Origin: an uncultured Nitrospinota bacterium
Lineage (GTDB): Bacteria; Tectomicrobia; Entotheonellia; J063; CAVPRW01
DNA: 64,000 bases
Direction of reading: 5' to 3'
Assembly: GCA_963707985.1 (NCBI GenBank)
Contig: CAVPRW010000015.1
Span: 125,960 to 189,959, forward strand
Each line of letters opens with the position of its first letter. The first letter of the stretch is position 1. The notes beneath the pieces are model-generated. The model was not told the DNA's origin and searched no databases. It saw only the letters and a list, made by a program, of their open reading frames with translations. This document shows positions 11,571 through 20,024 of the stretch, piece by piece. The position numbers were made by a program, and so were the translations under genes.

Positions 11571-11652
11571 GTCTAACGCTGGCGGTAAGCCGCGCCCGGT
11601 AGCTGAAGCGCAGCGTAAGCTGTCGGGCGTCGGCTCCACTGCCTTGTTCGGC
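11571..11652 (-). repeat. attC site
   Basis: Minus strand GCCGAAC-AAGGCAGTGGAGCCGACGCCC...GGGCGCGGCTTACCGCCAGC-GTTAGAC. Confidence 0.92.
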
Positions 11653-11712
11653 TTGGTAGGAGCAAGGATCAACAGCAAGTCTTCAAAAATACATCCGTTA
11701 TTGAGCAAGCGG

Positions 11713-12309
11713 CTATGGGGCAAGAACCAGAGCCTGCGGTGCCGTCCAGTTTATCGATGTGCACCAGACCTCCTTGAAGCCCATGGTGCTGCCTCCCAGC
11801 TGGTTGCGCATCTCAACGGCATCTTCTTGCCCGATAAGCACCTCTCGCGAGCAGTCAATCAACAAAGTTGTCTTCGCGCGCTCGGCTGGGCCGTAACGCT
11901 TAGGTTGTCCCTTCTGGTCAAGGGCCTTGGCTATCCACTCTGGAGGGGAAATCCTTCGGACCGGCCCAGAGAGCAGGACACCAGTCACACCAAAGCCCGG
12001 ACTTGGTGTTACGCTTTCGACCCCCTGGAGTGTTACAGTCAAAACAACCTCTTCCCCGCGGGCGCGGTACTCCCGAGCGGCAACCTCATAAAGACGCTGG
12101 ACGCGACGTTCTGCCGCAAGTAGTTCACCAGACTCTACCGCTTGCACGACCTCAACCCAAATCTCCTTGTTCGCAGTCGGGTCTGAAAGGATAAAGTCGG
12201 GAAAGTCCTCTACATGATCGCTGCGGATTGCAAGTTCAACACCATGCATGATACGGAACGATTCGATGAACAACGCAATCGCCTGTTGCTCTTGAGCCTT
12301 GTCTGGCAT
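11713..12309 (-). CDS. Hypothetical cassette protein, possible PD-(D/E)XK-like fold
   Basis: ORF fills the space between two attC sites; EDFPDFIL...IWVEV. Confidence 0.7.
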   Translation of the reverse strand: MPDKAQEQQAIALFIESFRIMHGVELAIRSDHVEDFPDFILSDPTANKEIWVEVVQAVESGELLAAERRVQRLYEVAAREYRARGEEVVLTVTLQGVESVTPSPGFGVTGVLLSGPVRRISPPEWIAKALDQKGQPKRYGPAERAKTTLLIDCSREVLIGQEDAVEMRNQLGGSTMGFKEVWCTSINWTAPQALVLAP

Positions 12310-12393
12310 GGTTGTTCCCCATCAACCCTTTCGTTTGAGCGGCAAACTCCATGGGCAAGGAACTCAAATGCCCCCATCCTGTGTCAAGCAGTT

Positions 12394-12475
12394 GCCGAAC
12401 GCCCGTGGTGAGCCGCGCCTGAAAGCTGAAGCGAAGCGTAGGCTGTAGGGCGTCGGCTCCAGTGCCTGGTTCGGC
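12394..12475 (-). repeat. attC site
   Basis: Minus strand GCCGAAC-CAGGCACTGGAGCCGACGCC...GGCGCGGCTCACCACGGGC-GTTCGGC. Confidence 0.93.
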
Positions 12476-12588
12476 TGGGGATGTGCACTGAGCACCGCTC
12501 TCCAGAACCCCTGCACACCTCACACCTTTGCTCCCGCTTCTCATACCTCCCAGGGACGGAATAGCCCCTCCGGGTCAGCGCTACGCCA

Positions 12589-12777
12589 TCATGCGGGCAC
12601 CGGCACACCCAGTTGCTTACAGATGCGGGCCGCCGTGAACTCAGGGATCTGGTTATGGCGTGGTACCGAGGCCCGACGATGCGTCGCGGGATTTTCCCAA
12701 ATCGAATGTTCTCCGCCTTCCCGTACGAATTGACACCCGTGCTGCTGCAAGTGGCGGAGCAGGTCGCGCCGTCTCAT
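12589..12777 (-). CDS. hicA: HicA-family toxin (type II TA)
   Basis: MRRRDLLRHLQQHGCQFVREGGEHSIW...VPRH...ARICKQLG, 62 aa; ATGA overlap with hicB. Confidence 0.88.
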   Translation of the reverse strand: MRRRDLLRHLQQHGCQFVREGGEHSIWENPATHRRASVPRHNQIPEFTAARICKQLGVPVPA

Positions 12778-13058
12778 GGGACAGCCGGCTGGGGCACAAC
12801 GCGGATATGCGACGCGGCGGTCAGTAGCAAATGAATCGGCTCTTCCAAATCGGCCTCTGGATCGGTACACGAGGGATCAGGCTGAGGGAGCGGCTCGCCA
12901 CGGAGCAAGGCGGTCTCCGCCATGTCAACCAAGGCGGTCGCCAGCAACCGACGGGCTTCTTGCAGAGTGTCCCCAACGGTAATAGTGCCGGGGAAATCTA
13001 ACACTTCCGCATGGACATTGTGCTCAAGAAACTTATACATCGCTTTGTAGGTCAACAT
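12774..13058 (-). CDS. hicB: HicB-family antitoxin
   Basis: AEVLDFPGTITVGDTLQEARRLL...RGEPLPQP. Confidence 0.88.
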   Translation of the reverse strand: MLTYKAMYKFLEHNVHAEVLDFPGTITVGDTLQEARRLLATALVDMAETALLRGEPLPQPDPSCTDPEADLEEPIHLLLTAASHIRVVPQPAVP

Positions 13059-13151
13059 ACCTCACTGTCCCAGAAGCTTGTTGTTCCGTCATGACAAGAA
13101 TGCTACACCGTACACAGCCTACACGATACCTCTATGGTCGGCAAAGCGGAA

Positions 13152-13243
13152 GCCGAACGACGAATAAGCGTTAAGCGGCCGCGAGACCCATAGCTGGAGG
13201 CACCCCCGCGCCGGCCGCGGTCCGCTTCAACACCTGGTTGGAC
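13152..13243 (-). repeat. attC site closing the IS91-like cassette
   Basis: Minus strand GTCCAAC-CAGGTGTTGAAGCGGACCGCG...CGCGGCCGCTTAACGC...GTTCGGC; R'' is complementary to GTTGGAC at attI. Confidence 0.82.
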
Positions 13244-13439
13244 GACCCGCGCACCGAGTGGGGCACTTCCGTCCTCTGGAATGTATACCAGCCCATTACC
13301 CGCGACAGGCCCCGTCGATCACCGCCGAGGGCATCCAACGGCCGGTATGGTGGCGACGACAGAGGGAACTCCAGGCGTTCGTCACTGCCCTGCATCGTCC
13401 TGGGCCACGATGGGCGCGGCGTCAGGGCAGACCCCTCCC

Positions 13440-14645
13440 TCAGCCGTCCAGGACCAACGCTTTGCTGGTGGCTCCTGCCGCCACCTCCGCTGGGGGTGGC
13501 ATCCGCCACCGTGGAATCAGGTCGCGGCAGACCAGCCGTTGCCCACACACGGGACAGCGTTCCGGATGCTCCGCACCCTGCTGGCGGCATGCCGTCTGCC
13601 AGTCTCGCACCACGGGCACTTCCACCGGCCCTTGCCCCACGTGCCCTCGGCCAATGGCCAACATCTCCCGCTTGGTGGGCGCGTACAGCCCCTACGATCG
13701 CACCACCCGGGTGCCCGGTGCCGGCACGTGGAGTCGATAGCGCCCGATGAACTCCGCGATGGGCAAGGTCATGAGGCCACGTGGCCGGCGGTCCGACGCC
13801 TCACCATTGACCCGGTAGCGGAAGGTGACCTCCCCGTGGGCGCTCGAGACCAGCCGCTGCTTGGCGAGCGGCCCACCCCGCACGTACCGCGCCAGATCGA
13901 TGAGCACCCCCGTCCCGTGTGGAGAGCGCTCGCAGATGGGCACGTTCCACTTCGCGCGACCCAGCTTGTTGAGCAGGTTTTCACAGCGCTGCGGACGCAT
14001 CCCGTCGGGCAGCTGCAACGGCTCCTGACGCACCGCCCGCCGGATGGCCGCGAGCAGCTTGCCCCGGAAGAGGGCCATGACCACCCGCGAGGGGAGCAAA
14101 AACCCGTGTCGCACGGGCACCCATCGACCAGTGTTGGTCAGGCCCCCACCGGTCACCAGGGCGTGGATAGGCGGATGGAGGCGCAGCGTCTGGGTCCACG
14201 TGTGCCACGTGGCGAGGATGCCGGGCGTGGCGCCCAGAGAGGTGGGATCGCCTCGCAACTCCAGCCAGGTGTCGCGCACACAGGCAACTAGGAGATGGGT
14301 CATCACGGCGACGTTGGCCAGCCACAGGTCATGCCGTTCACTGGGGATGGTGCAAATGACCTGGTCATGCGCACAGGCGAACAGGCAGGCCTTCTGTGGC
14401 ACCAGCCAGCGCTCGATCTGTAGCCAGGCACATGGCGGGCACATCCGATGGCGACAGGAATGGTCCCAAATCCGGTCGATATGTCCCTCGGGACAGGATT
14501 GGATAGGCCCACCGAGCCGCGCGGTACGACAGGCAAGCATCGCCTGCACCCCACGACGCACATAGCCAGCCAGGGCATGGTCATGCGCATACGCTTCATC
14601 ACCCTGTTGCAGAATCTTGTGTACGGTGATCTGGTGTGATTTCAA
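13440..14645 (-). pseudogene. IS91-family (Y2 HUH) transposase, inactivated
   Basis: Zn-binding ACRTARLGG...SCRHRMCPPC; HUH altered to HPPIH; YLARY altered to DLARY; in-frame stop at 13692-13694 before the CPVCG tail. Confidence 0.85.
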
Positions 14646-14698
14646 TCACACATCATCCTATCGGCGTTTCGCGTCACATCCCCCGCCGATGCGGGTTC

Positions 14699-14752
14699 GT
14701 CCAACATAGAGTAGGCCCGCTAAACGTCGTGATCTATCACCACGTTTAGCGG
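14699..14752 (-). other. Putative attI site (R box GTTGGAC at 14705-14699) with adjacent palindrome
   Basis: GTTRRRY between intI and the first cassette; matches R'' of the first attC; palindrome 14717-14752. Confidence 0.7.
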
Positions 14753-14763
14753 ATATATCCACT

Positions 14764-14792
14764 TTGCCATTGATATGAAAGCACGGTATACT
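14764..14792 (+). promoter_or_regulatory. Sigma70-like promoter, candidate PintI
   Basis: TTGCCA-17 bp-TATACT upstream of intI. Confidence 0.6.
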
Positions 14793-14802
14793 ATGAATTG
14801 TC

Positions 14803-15822
14803 TTGACTTTTCTGGAATTATACGAAAAATTTCCGCTATTATACGGTAGGACACGGCTGGACAACAAGCCGAAACTCCTCGATCTCGTACGCAACACCAT
14901 TCGCCTCAAACATTACAGTATTCGCACAGAACGAGCCTATATCGATTGGGTCAAACGCTTCATTCTCTTTCACCACAAAAGGCATCCCGCCTCTATGGGT
15001 GCACCGGAGATACGTGCCTTTCTGTCTTACCTGGCGGTGGAGGGGAGGGTGGCCGCCTCTACCCAAACCCAGGCATTAAGCGCTCTCGTTTTCCTGTACA
15101 GGGAAGTTCTCCATCGGGACGTCGATTCACTTGGGAAGGTGGAACGAGCGAAGAAGCCTGAACGCCTCCCAGTGGTGTTTTCCCATGCGGAAGTCCGTGC
15201 CGTCCTCGCCCATCTCGACGGCCAACACTGGATGATGGCTAGCCTTCTGTATGGCGCAGGGTTACGCTTGATGGAGTGCGTTCGCCTCCGCGTCAAAGAT
15301 GTCGACTTTACTTACCGCCAGATCCTGGTGCGCGACGGCAAGGGGCAAAAGGATCGTGTCAGTATGCTTCCACAAGCCATCACCGAGCCACTCCGGCAAC
15401 ATTTGGAAAAAGTCAAGGTCCTGCACGAAGAGGACCTGGCAGAAGGTTTTGGCGAGGTGTATCTGCCGTTTGCGCTTGAGCGGAAGTACTCCGGCGCCAG
15501 CCGTGAGTGGGGTTGGCAGTATGTCTTTGCCGCCCGCAGGCGCTCTATTGACCCGCGCAGCGGCAAGGAACGTCGGCATCACATCGATGAGAAGACGCTT
15601 CAGGAGGCGATGAAGAAGGCCGTGCGTGCGGCAAAGATCGCAAAACCGGGCAGCTGTCACACCTTGCGTCACAGCTTCGCGACCCATCTGCTCGAAGCCG
15701 GCTATGATATCCGCACGGTACAGGAGCTGCTAGGCCATAAGGACATACGCACGACAATGATCTACACCCATGTGCTCAACCGCGGCGGGAAGGGCGTGCG
15801 CAGCCCATTGGATACGATGTAA
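14803..15822 (+). CDS. intI: Integron integrase (true start may be CTG at 14857)
   Basis: [25 protein letters not shown], integron-specific insert [19 protein letters not shown]...[31 protein letters not shown]. Confidence 0.97.
   Translation: MTFLELYEKFPLLYGRTRLDNKPKLLDLVRNTIRLKHYSIRTERAYIDWVKRFILFHHKRHPASMGAPEIRAFLSYLAVEGRVAASTQTQALSALVFLYREVLHRDVDSLGKVERAKKPERLPVVFSHAEVRAVLAHLDGQHWMMASLLYGAGLRLMECVRLRVKDVDFTYRQILVRDGKGQKDRVSMLPQAITEPLRQHLEKVKVLHEEDLAEGFGEVYLPFALERKYSGASREWGWQYVFAARRRSIDPRSGKERRHHIDEKTLQEAMKKAVRAAKIAKPGSCHTLRHSFATHLLEAGYDIRTVQELLGHKDIRTTMIYTHVLNRGGKGVRSPLDTM
14817..14867 (-). promoter_or_regulatory. Candidate cassette promoter Pc
   Basis: Two minus-strand TATAAT hexamers (14838-14843 and 14817-14822) pointing toward attI; -35 uncertain. 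Confidence 0.45.
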
Positions 15823-15832
15823 GTTGAGGGCT

Positions 15833-16153
15833 CTATATGGAAGGGCAGTGAGGCGATAATTGCCGTGGTGCATGCGCAGGGACATCATCGATGCCCCCGC
15901 TCAGCGCCGGAATGAAATGGATTTCGCTGGATTCCTGTACGTCTTGCTCCAGCCCCTCAGGACTGACATCGCCGTCGATCGCGACGGCGATGTGCGGCCG
16001 GATCTCCCCACCTTGCACTAACCGGTCCTTGACCCCTGGAAAACGCGCCTCAAGGTTCTCGATAACCTCCCCCACCGTGGCTCCGGACACCACAACTTTG
16101 TCCGCACCGTCGGTGAGGCTCTGCAATAGAGAAGGAATCCACACAAATGCCAC
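15833..16153 (-). CDS. MoaD/ThiS-family sulfur carrier
   Basis: GATVGEVIENLEARFPG...IPALSGG followed by a 19-aa extension. Confidence 0.85.
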   Translation of the reverse strand: MAFVWIPSLLQSLTDGADKVVVSGATVGEVIENLEARFPGVKDRLVQGGEIRPHIAVAIDGDVSPEGLEQDVQESSEIHFIPALSGGIDDVPAHAPRQLSPHCPSI

Positions 16154-16158
16154 GGTTT

Positions 16159-18417
16159 CTAACCTTTGGCCAGCACTTCCGTCATCACCCGTCCCGGAGA
16201 CATGGGGCTGTGGCGCAGACGCACCCCAGTGGCCCGATAAATGGCGTTGGCAATGGCAGCTACTGGCGGCACAATTGGTACCTCCCCGACCCCACGCACG
16301 CCGAACGGGTGCCCTGGATTGGGCACTTCGACCAGGATGGTGTCGATCATCGGTAGGTCCAGGCTGGTGGGCATTCGATAATCGAGGAAGCTGGCGTTGG
16401 CCATGCTGCCCTTGTCGTTATAGAAATATTCCTCGTTGAGCGCCCAGCCGATGCCCTGCACGGCGCCTCCCTGCATCTGTCCTTCCACATAGCTCGGGTG
16501 GATGGCCTTGCCGACATCCTGTACCGCGGTATAGCGCAGGATCGTGACTTTGCCGGTTTCGGGATCGACCTGGAGATCGACGATGTGCGTGGCAAATGCC
16601 GCCCCGACCCCTCGTGGCGCCACCGTGGCGCGTCCCGTCACCGGCCCTCCCGTACGCCCAAGCTGCGCGGCGACCTCTTTAAAGGCCAGACGTTGATCGG
16701 CTGCATTGGTTTGATGAAACACCCCGTCAGCAAAGGTCACCTCTGTCGGCTCGACCTTCCAGATCCGCGCGGCGCGCTCGGTCATCTGACGCACGACATC
16801 CTGGGCCGCCTCGATGGCGGCATAGCCGGAGGCGAACGTGGTACGACTGCCACCCGTGACATCGTTGTAACCGACGCTGGCGGTATCCGCCACGATCGGG
16901 CGCACTTCTTCGGCCTTCAAGCCCAAGACCTCGGCGGCTTGCATGGCAATCGAGGCGCGCGTTCCGCCGATATCCGTGGAGCCTTCCACGAGCGTCACGC
17001 TGCCGTCAGCATTGACGTTGATCGACACACTGGATTGCAGGCCGACATTAAACCAATAGCCCGAGGCCACACCGCGGCCAACATTAGGTCCCTCCAGTGG
17101 CGTGCGGTAATGATCACTATCGAGCGCCGCCTGGACGGTGTCCAGATAGCCAATACGAGGATGGGTCGGCCCGTCGGGGCGTCGCGTGCCTTCCTTCGCG
17201 GCGTTACGTAGGCGGAACTGCAGGGGATCCATGCCTAACTTCTCGCATAGCTCGTCGACGACCGTCTCGGAGGCAAACGCCGCATTCGTCGCCCCTGGCG
17301 CCCGGTACGGGGCGGTTTTCGGCTTGTTGACCATGACGTCAAAGCCATCGATCAGGACATTCGGGATGTCATATGGGCTGAAAATACACATCATGCCGGC
17401 GCCAATCGGCGAGCCGGGATACCCTCCCGCTTCGTAGGCCATGTAGGCTTGGGCTGCCGTGACACGCCCATCTTTGGTGGCGCCCATTTTCACGCGGATG
17501 TATGACCCAGGCGTCGGCCCCGTGCTCTCGAACACCTCCGCCCGATTCATCAGCACCTTGACCGGATGTCCGGTTTTCTTGGAGAGCACAGCCGCGATGG
17601 GCTCCAGGTACAGGTTGATTTTACCGCCAAAGCCGCCACCGATCTCCGCCGGAATGACGCGGATCTGCGCCACCGAGATACCGAGCACCGGCGCCAATTG
17701 CCGTTGGACCGTGAAGGCACCTTGCGTGCTTTCCCAGATGGTCAACTGTCCATCCGGATTCCACATGGCCGTGGCGTTGTGCGGCTCGATATACCCCTGA
17801 TGTACGGTGGCGGTGGTGAATTCGCGCTCGATGACGACATCAGCTTCCTGGAAACCCTTCTCCACATCCCCCAGCTTGAACTGGGTGTGGGTGGCGACAT
17901 TGCTGACTTTGTCGGTCTCCTGCCCGAGAGATTTGGTCTTCATGTTCTCGTGCAGCAAGGGGGCGCTGTCTTGCATGGCCTCACGGACATCGAGCACGGG
18001 CGGCAGTACTTCATAATCGACGTGAATAAGCCCCAACGCCTCCTCGGCGAGGTGCGAGCTAGTGGCGGCTATCGCGGCCACCGGGTGGCCCTTGTAGAGT
18101 ACCTTGTCCCCGGCCAGGATGTTGTTGCTCAGATACTTCAGATTCACCGCCCCTTCACCGAGTTGGATGGTGCGATCTTCGGCGGGTGGCAGGTCCGCAC
18201 TGGTCACGACGGCTTTGACCCCTGGGAGGGCTAGCGCCCGGCTGACGTCGATGGAGCGGATCCGCGCATGGGCATGGGGGCTACGTAAGACCTTGCCGTG
18301 CAAGAGCCCAGCCATTTGCACATCCGCGCCATAGATGGCCCGACCGGTCACCTTCTCCACACCATCGTGCCGTATGGGGCGTGTGCCAATGACTTTATAG
18401 GTTGTCGTTTCGGCCAT
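16159..18417 (-). CDS. Xanthine dehydrogenase family molybdopterin-binding large subunit
   Basis: RSPHAHARI, IGGGFGGK, APYRAPG, EGQMQGG, GVRGVGE. Confidence 0.93.
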   Translation of the reverse strand: MAETTTYKVIGTRPIRHDGVEKVTGRAIYGADVQMAGLLHGKVLRSPHAHARIRSIDVSRALALPGVKAVVTSADLPPAEDRTIQLGEGAVNLKYLSNNILAGDKVLYKGHPVAAIAATSSHLAEEALGLIHVDYEVLPPVLDVREAMQDSAPLLHENMKTKSLGQETDKVSNVATHTQFKLGDVEKGFQEADVVIEREFTTATVHQGYIEPHNATAMWNPDGQLTIWESTQGAFTVQRQLAPVLGISVAQIRVIPAEIGGGFGGKINLYLEPIAAVLSKKTGHPVKVLMNRAEVFESTGPTPGSYIRVKMGATKDGRVTAAQAYMAYEAGGYPGSPIGAGMMCIFSPYDIPNVLIDGFDVMVNKPKTAPYRAPGATNAAFASETVVDELCEKLGMDPLQFRLRNAAKEGTRRPDGPTHPRIGYLDTVQAALDSDHYRTPLEGPNVGRGVASGYWFNVGLQSSVSINVNADGSVTLVEGSTDIGGTRASIAMQAAEVLGLKAEEVRPIVADTASVGYNDVTGGSRTTFASGYAAIEAAQDVVRQMTERAARIWKVEPTEVTFADGVFHQTNAADQRLAFKEVAAQLGRTGGPVTGRATVAPRGVGAAFATHIVDLQVDPETGKVTILRYTAVQDVGKAIHPSYVEGQMQGGAVQGIGWALNEEYFYNDKGSMANASFLDYRMPTSLDLPMIDTILVEVPNPGHPFGVRGVGEVPIVPPVAAIANAIYRATGVRLRHSPMSPGRVMTEVLAKG

Positions 18418-18899
18418 TATACCTTCGCCTCCATGGTTTGGGCGGCATCCAGGACGGCCCGGATGATCTTGTCATAGCCGGTGCATCGGCACAGGTTGCC
18501 TGCCAACCAATAACGCACCTGATGCTCCGTCGGGTGAGGATTTTTGTCCAGCAGGGCTTTTGCCGCCACGATGAATCCCGGCGTGCAAATGCCACACTGC
18601 AGCGCCGCATGCTCCAGAAATTTCTGCTGTATCGGATGCAGGCCATCAGGGCTGGCAATGCCCTCGATCGTGGTCACCTCACGCCCAGTCGTCTCGACCC
18701 CGAGCACACAGCACGAGTTGACCAATACCCCATCCAGAATGACGCTGCAGGCTCCACAGTTGCCGTTATTACACCCTTCTTTACTACCGGTGAGGCCGAG
18801 AACGTCGCGTAATACTTCCAATAAGCTCTGGCGCGGCTCACACAGGAACTCGACGTCCTCACCGTTCAGCCGCGTTTGCACGTGTACTTTCGTGGGCAT
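18417..18899 (-). CDS. 2Fe-2S subunit (CoxS/XdhC-like)
   Basis: GCNNGNCGACSV, QCGICTPG, GNLCRCTGY. Confidence 0.95.
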   Translation of the reverse strand: MPTKVHVQTRLNGEDVEFLCEPRQSLLEVLRDVLGLTGSKEGCNNGNCGACSVILDGVLVNSCCVLGVETTGREVTTIEGIASPDGLHPIQQKFLEHAALQCGICTPGFIVAAKALLDKNPHPTEHQVRYWLAGNLCRCTGYDKIIRAVLDAAQTMEAKV

Positions 18900-18902
18900 G
18901 TC

Positions 18903-19778
18903 TTACCGCTCCTTGGCTCGTTGAATGGCGCCTCGTAGCGCGCGTCGCGTGAGTACTCCTACCAGGTGTCGTCGATATTGCGCCGTTCCCCTCATGTCGT
19001 CGATCGGACGAGCCGCAGCCTGGGCGGCCTCAGCAGCCTGCTGGATGGTCTCATCGGAGACGGCTTTCCCCGCCAACGCCGCTGCCGCCGTCTCCACCAG
19101 CAGTGGCGTCGCCGCCACCGCCCCAAGGGCGACACGGCCGGAGACGAAGGACGATTGATCCTGATTCAACACGACCGAGGCACCGACCCCCACCACGGCG
19201 ATGTCCATCTCATTGCGCGGGATGAAACGCAAGTACTGGGCCCCGAAGTGTGGCGGGGGCGACGGCATGCGGAGCGCAACAAGGAATTCGCCAGGTTGTA
19301 AGGCGGTGCGTCCTGGACCGGTGCAGAACTGCTCCACCGGCATCTCGCGCCTGCCATTGGGGCCAGCGATGACACACACGGCGCTGTGGACGATCAACGC
19401 TGGAGTGGTATCGGCTGCCGGAGAAGCGTTGCACAGATTGCCGCCCACCGACGCTCGCCCCTGAATGGCTGTACCTCCCACCAGGGAGACGGCGTCGATC
19501 AGCCCCGGATAGGTTGCGGCGATCTCCTGGTGCTCATAGATCCGATAACAGGGCACTGCGGCCCCCAGGGTGAGGCCCTGAGCGGCATTATAGGATAACT
19601 GGTTGAGCTCTGGAATACCCTTGATATCCACCAACATTGCCACCTGTCGGCGGCCTTCCCGAACGGCGACGATGATGTCTGTCCCACCGGCGAGCGGACG
19701 TGCCTGATCTCCATGCTTGGCCAGTAGGGAGACGGCCTCATCGATACTTTGCGCGGCAGCGTAATCGAAAGCCTGCAA
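18903..19778 (-). CDS. FAD-binding subunit (CoxM/XdhB-like)
   Basis: LAGGTD, ASVGGNLCNASPAAD, DDMRGTAQYRRHL; TTG start after GGAGG. Confidence 0.92.
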   Translation of the reverse strand: MQAFDYAAAQSIDEAVSLLAKHGDQARPLAGGTDIIVAVREGRRQVAMLVDIKGIPELNQLSYNAAQGLTLGAAVPCYRIYEHQEIAATYPGLIDAVSLVGGTAIQGRASVGGNLCNASPAADTTPALIVHSAVCVIAGPNGRREMPVEQFCTGPGRTALQPGEFLVALRMPSPPPHFGAQYLRFIPRNEMDIAVVGVGASVVLNQDQSSFVSGRVALGAVAATPLLVETAAAALAGKAVSDETIQQAAEAAQAAARPIDDMRGTAQYRRHLVGVLTRRALRGAIQRAKER

Positions 19779-20024
19779 GACTCCACCTCCCTCTTCAGAG
19801 CTCGCGTCCATCGTTCGGACTATGGTGAGCGAACCGGACTCCTAGGCATCGTGACGGAATTCTCCAGCGATGCTGAATGCTCCCAGGAGCATTGCCTCGG
19901 ACAACAGGCGCTCACAGCGATGCCTGTAAGTCGTCTCATGACCACGCATCATATACTCTAACCGAAGATCGAAATGCAAGCAAATCCTCGCCTCGCAGGA
20001 GTCGTCCGCCCGACCCGCGTGGCC

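Noticed and set aside
13238..14565. Long plus-strand ORFs over the IS91-like gene
   Set aside because: Antisense shadows in GC-rich DNA with no motifs.
16159..19778. Aerobic CO dehydrogenase (form I coxMSL)
   Set aside because: The active-site loop is APYRAPG rather than AYxCSFR, so only a family-level call is made.
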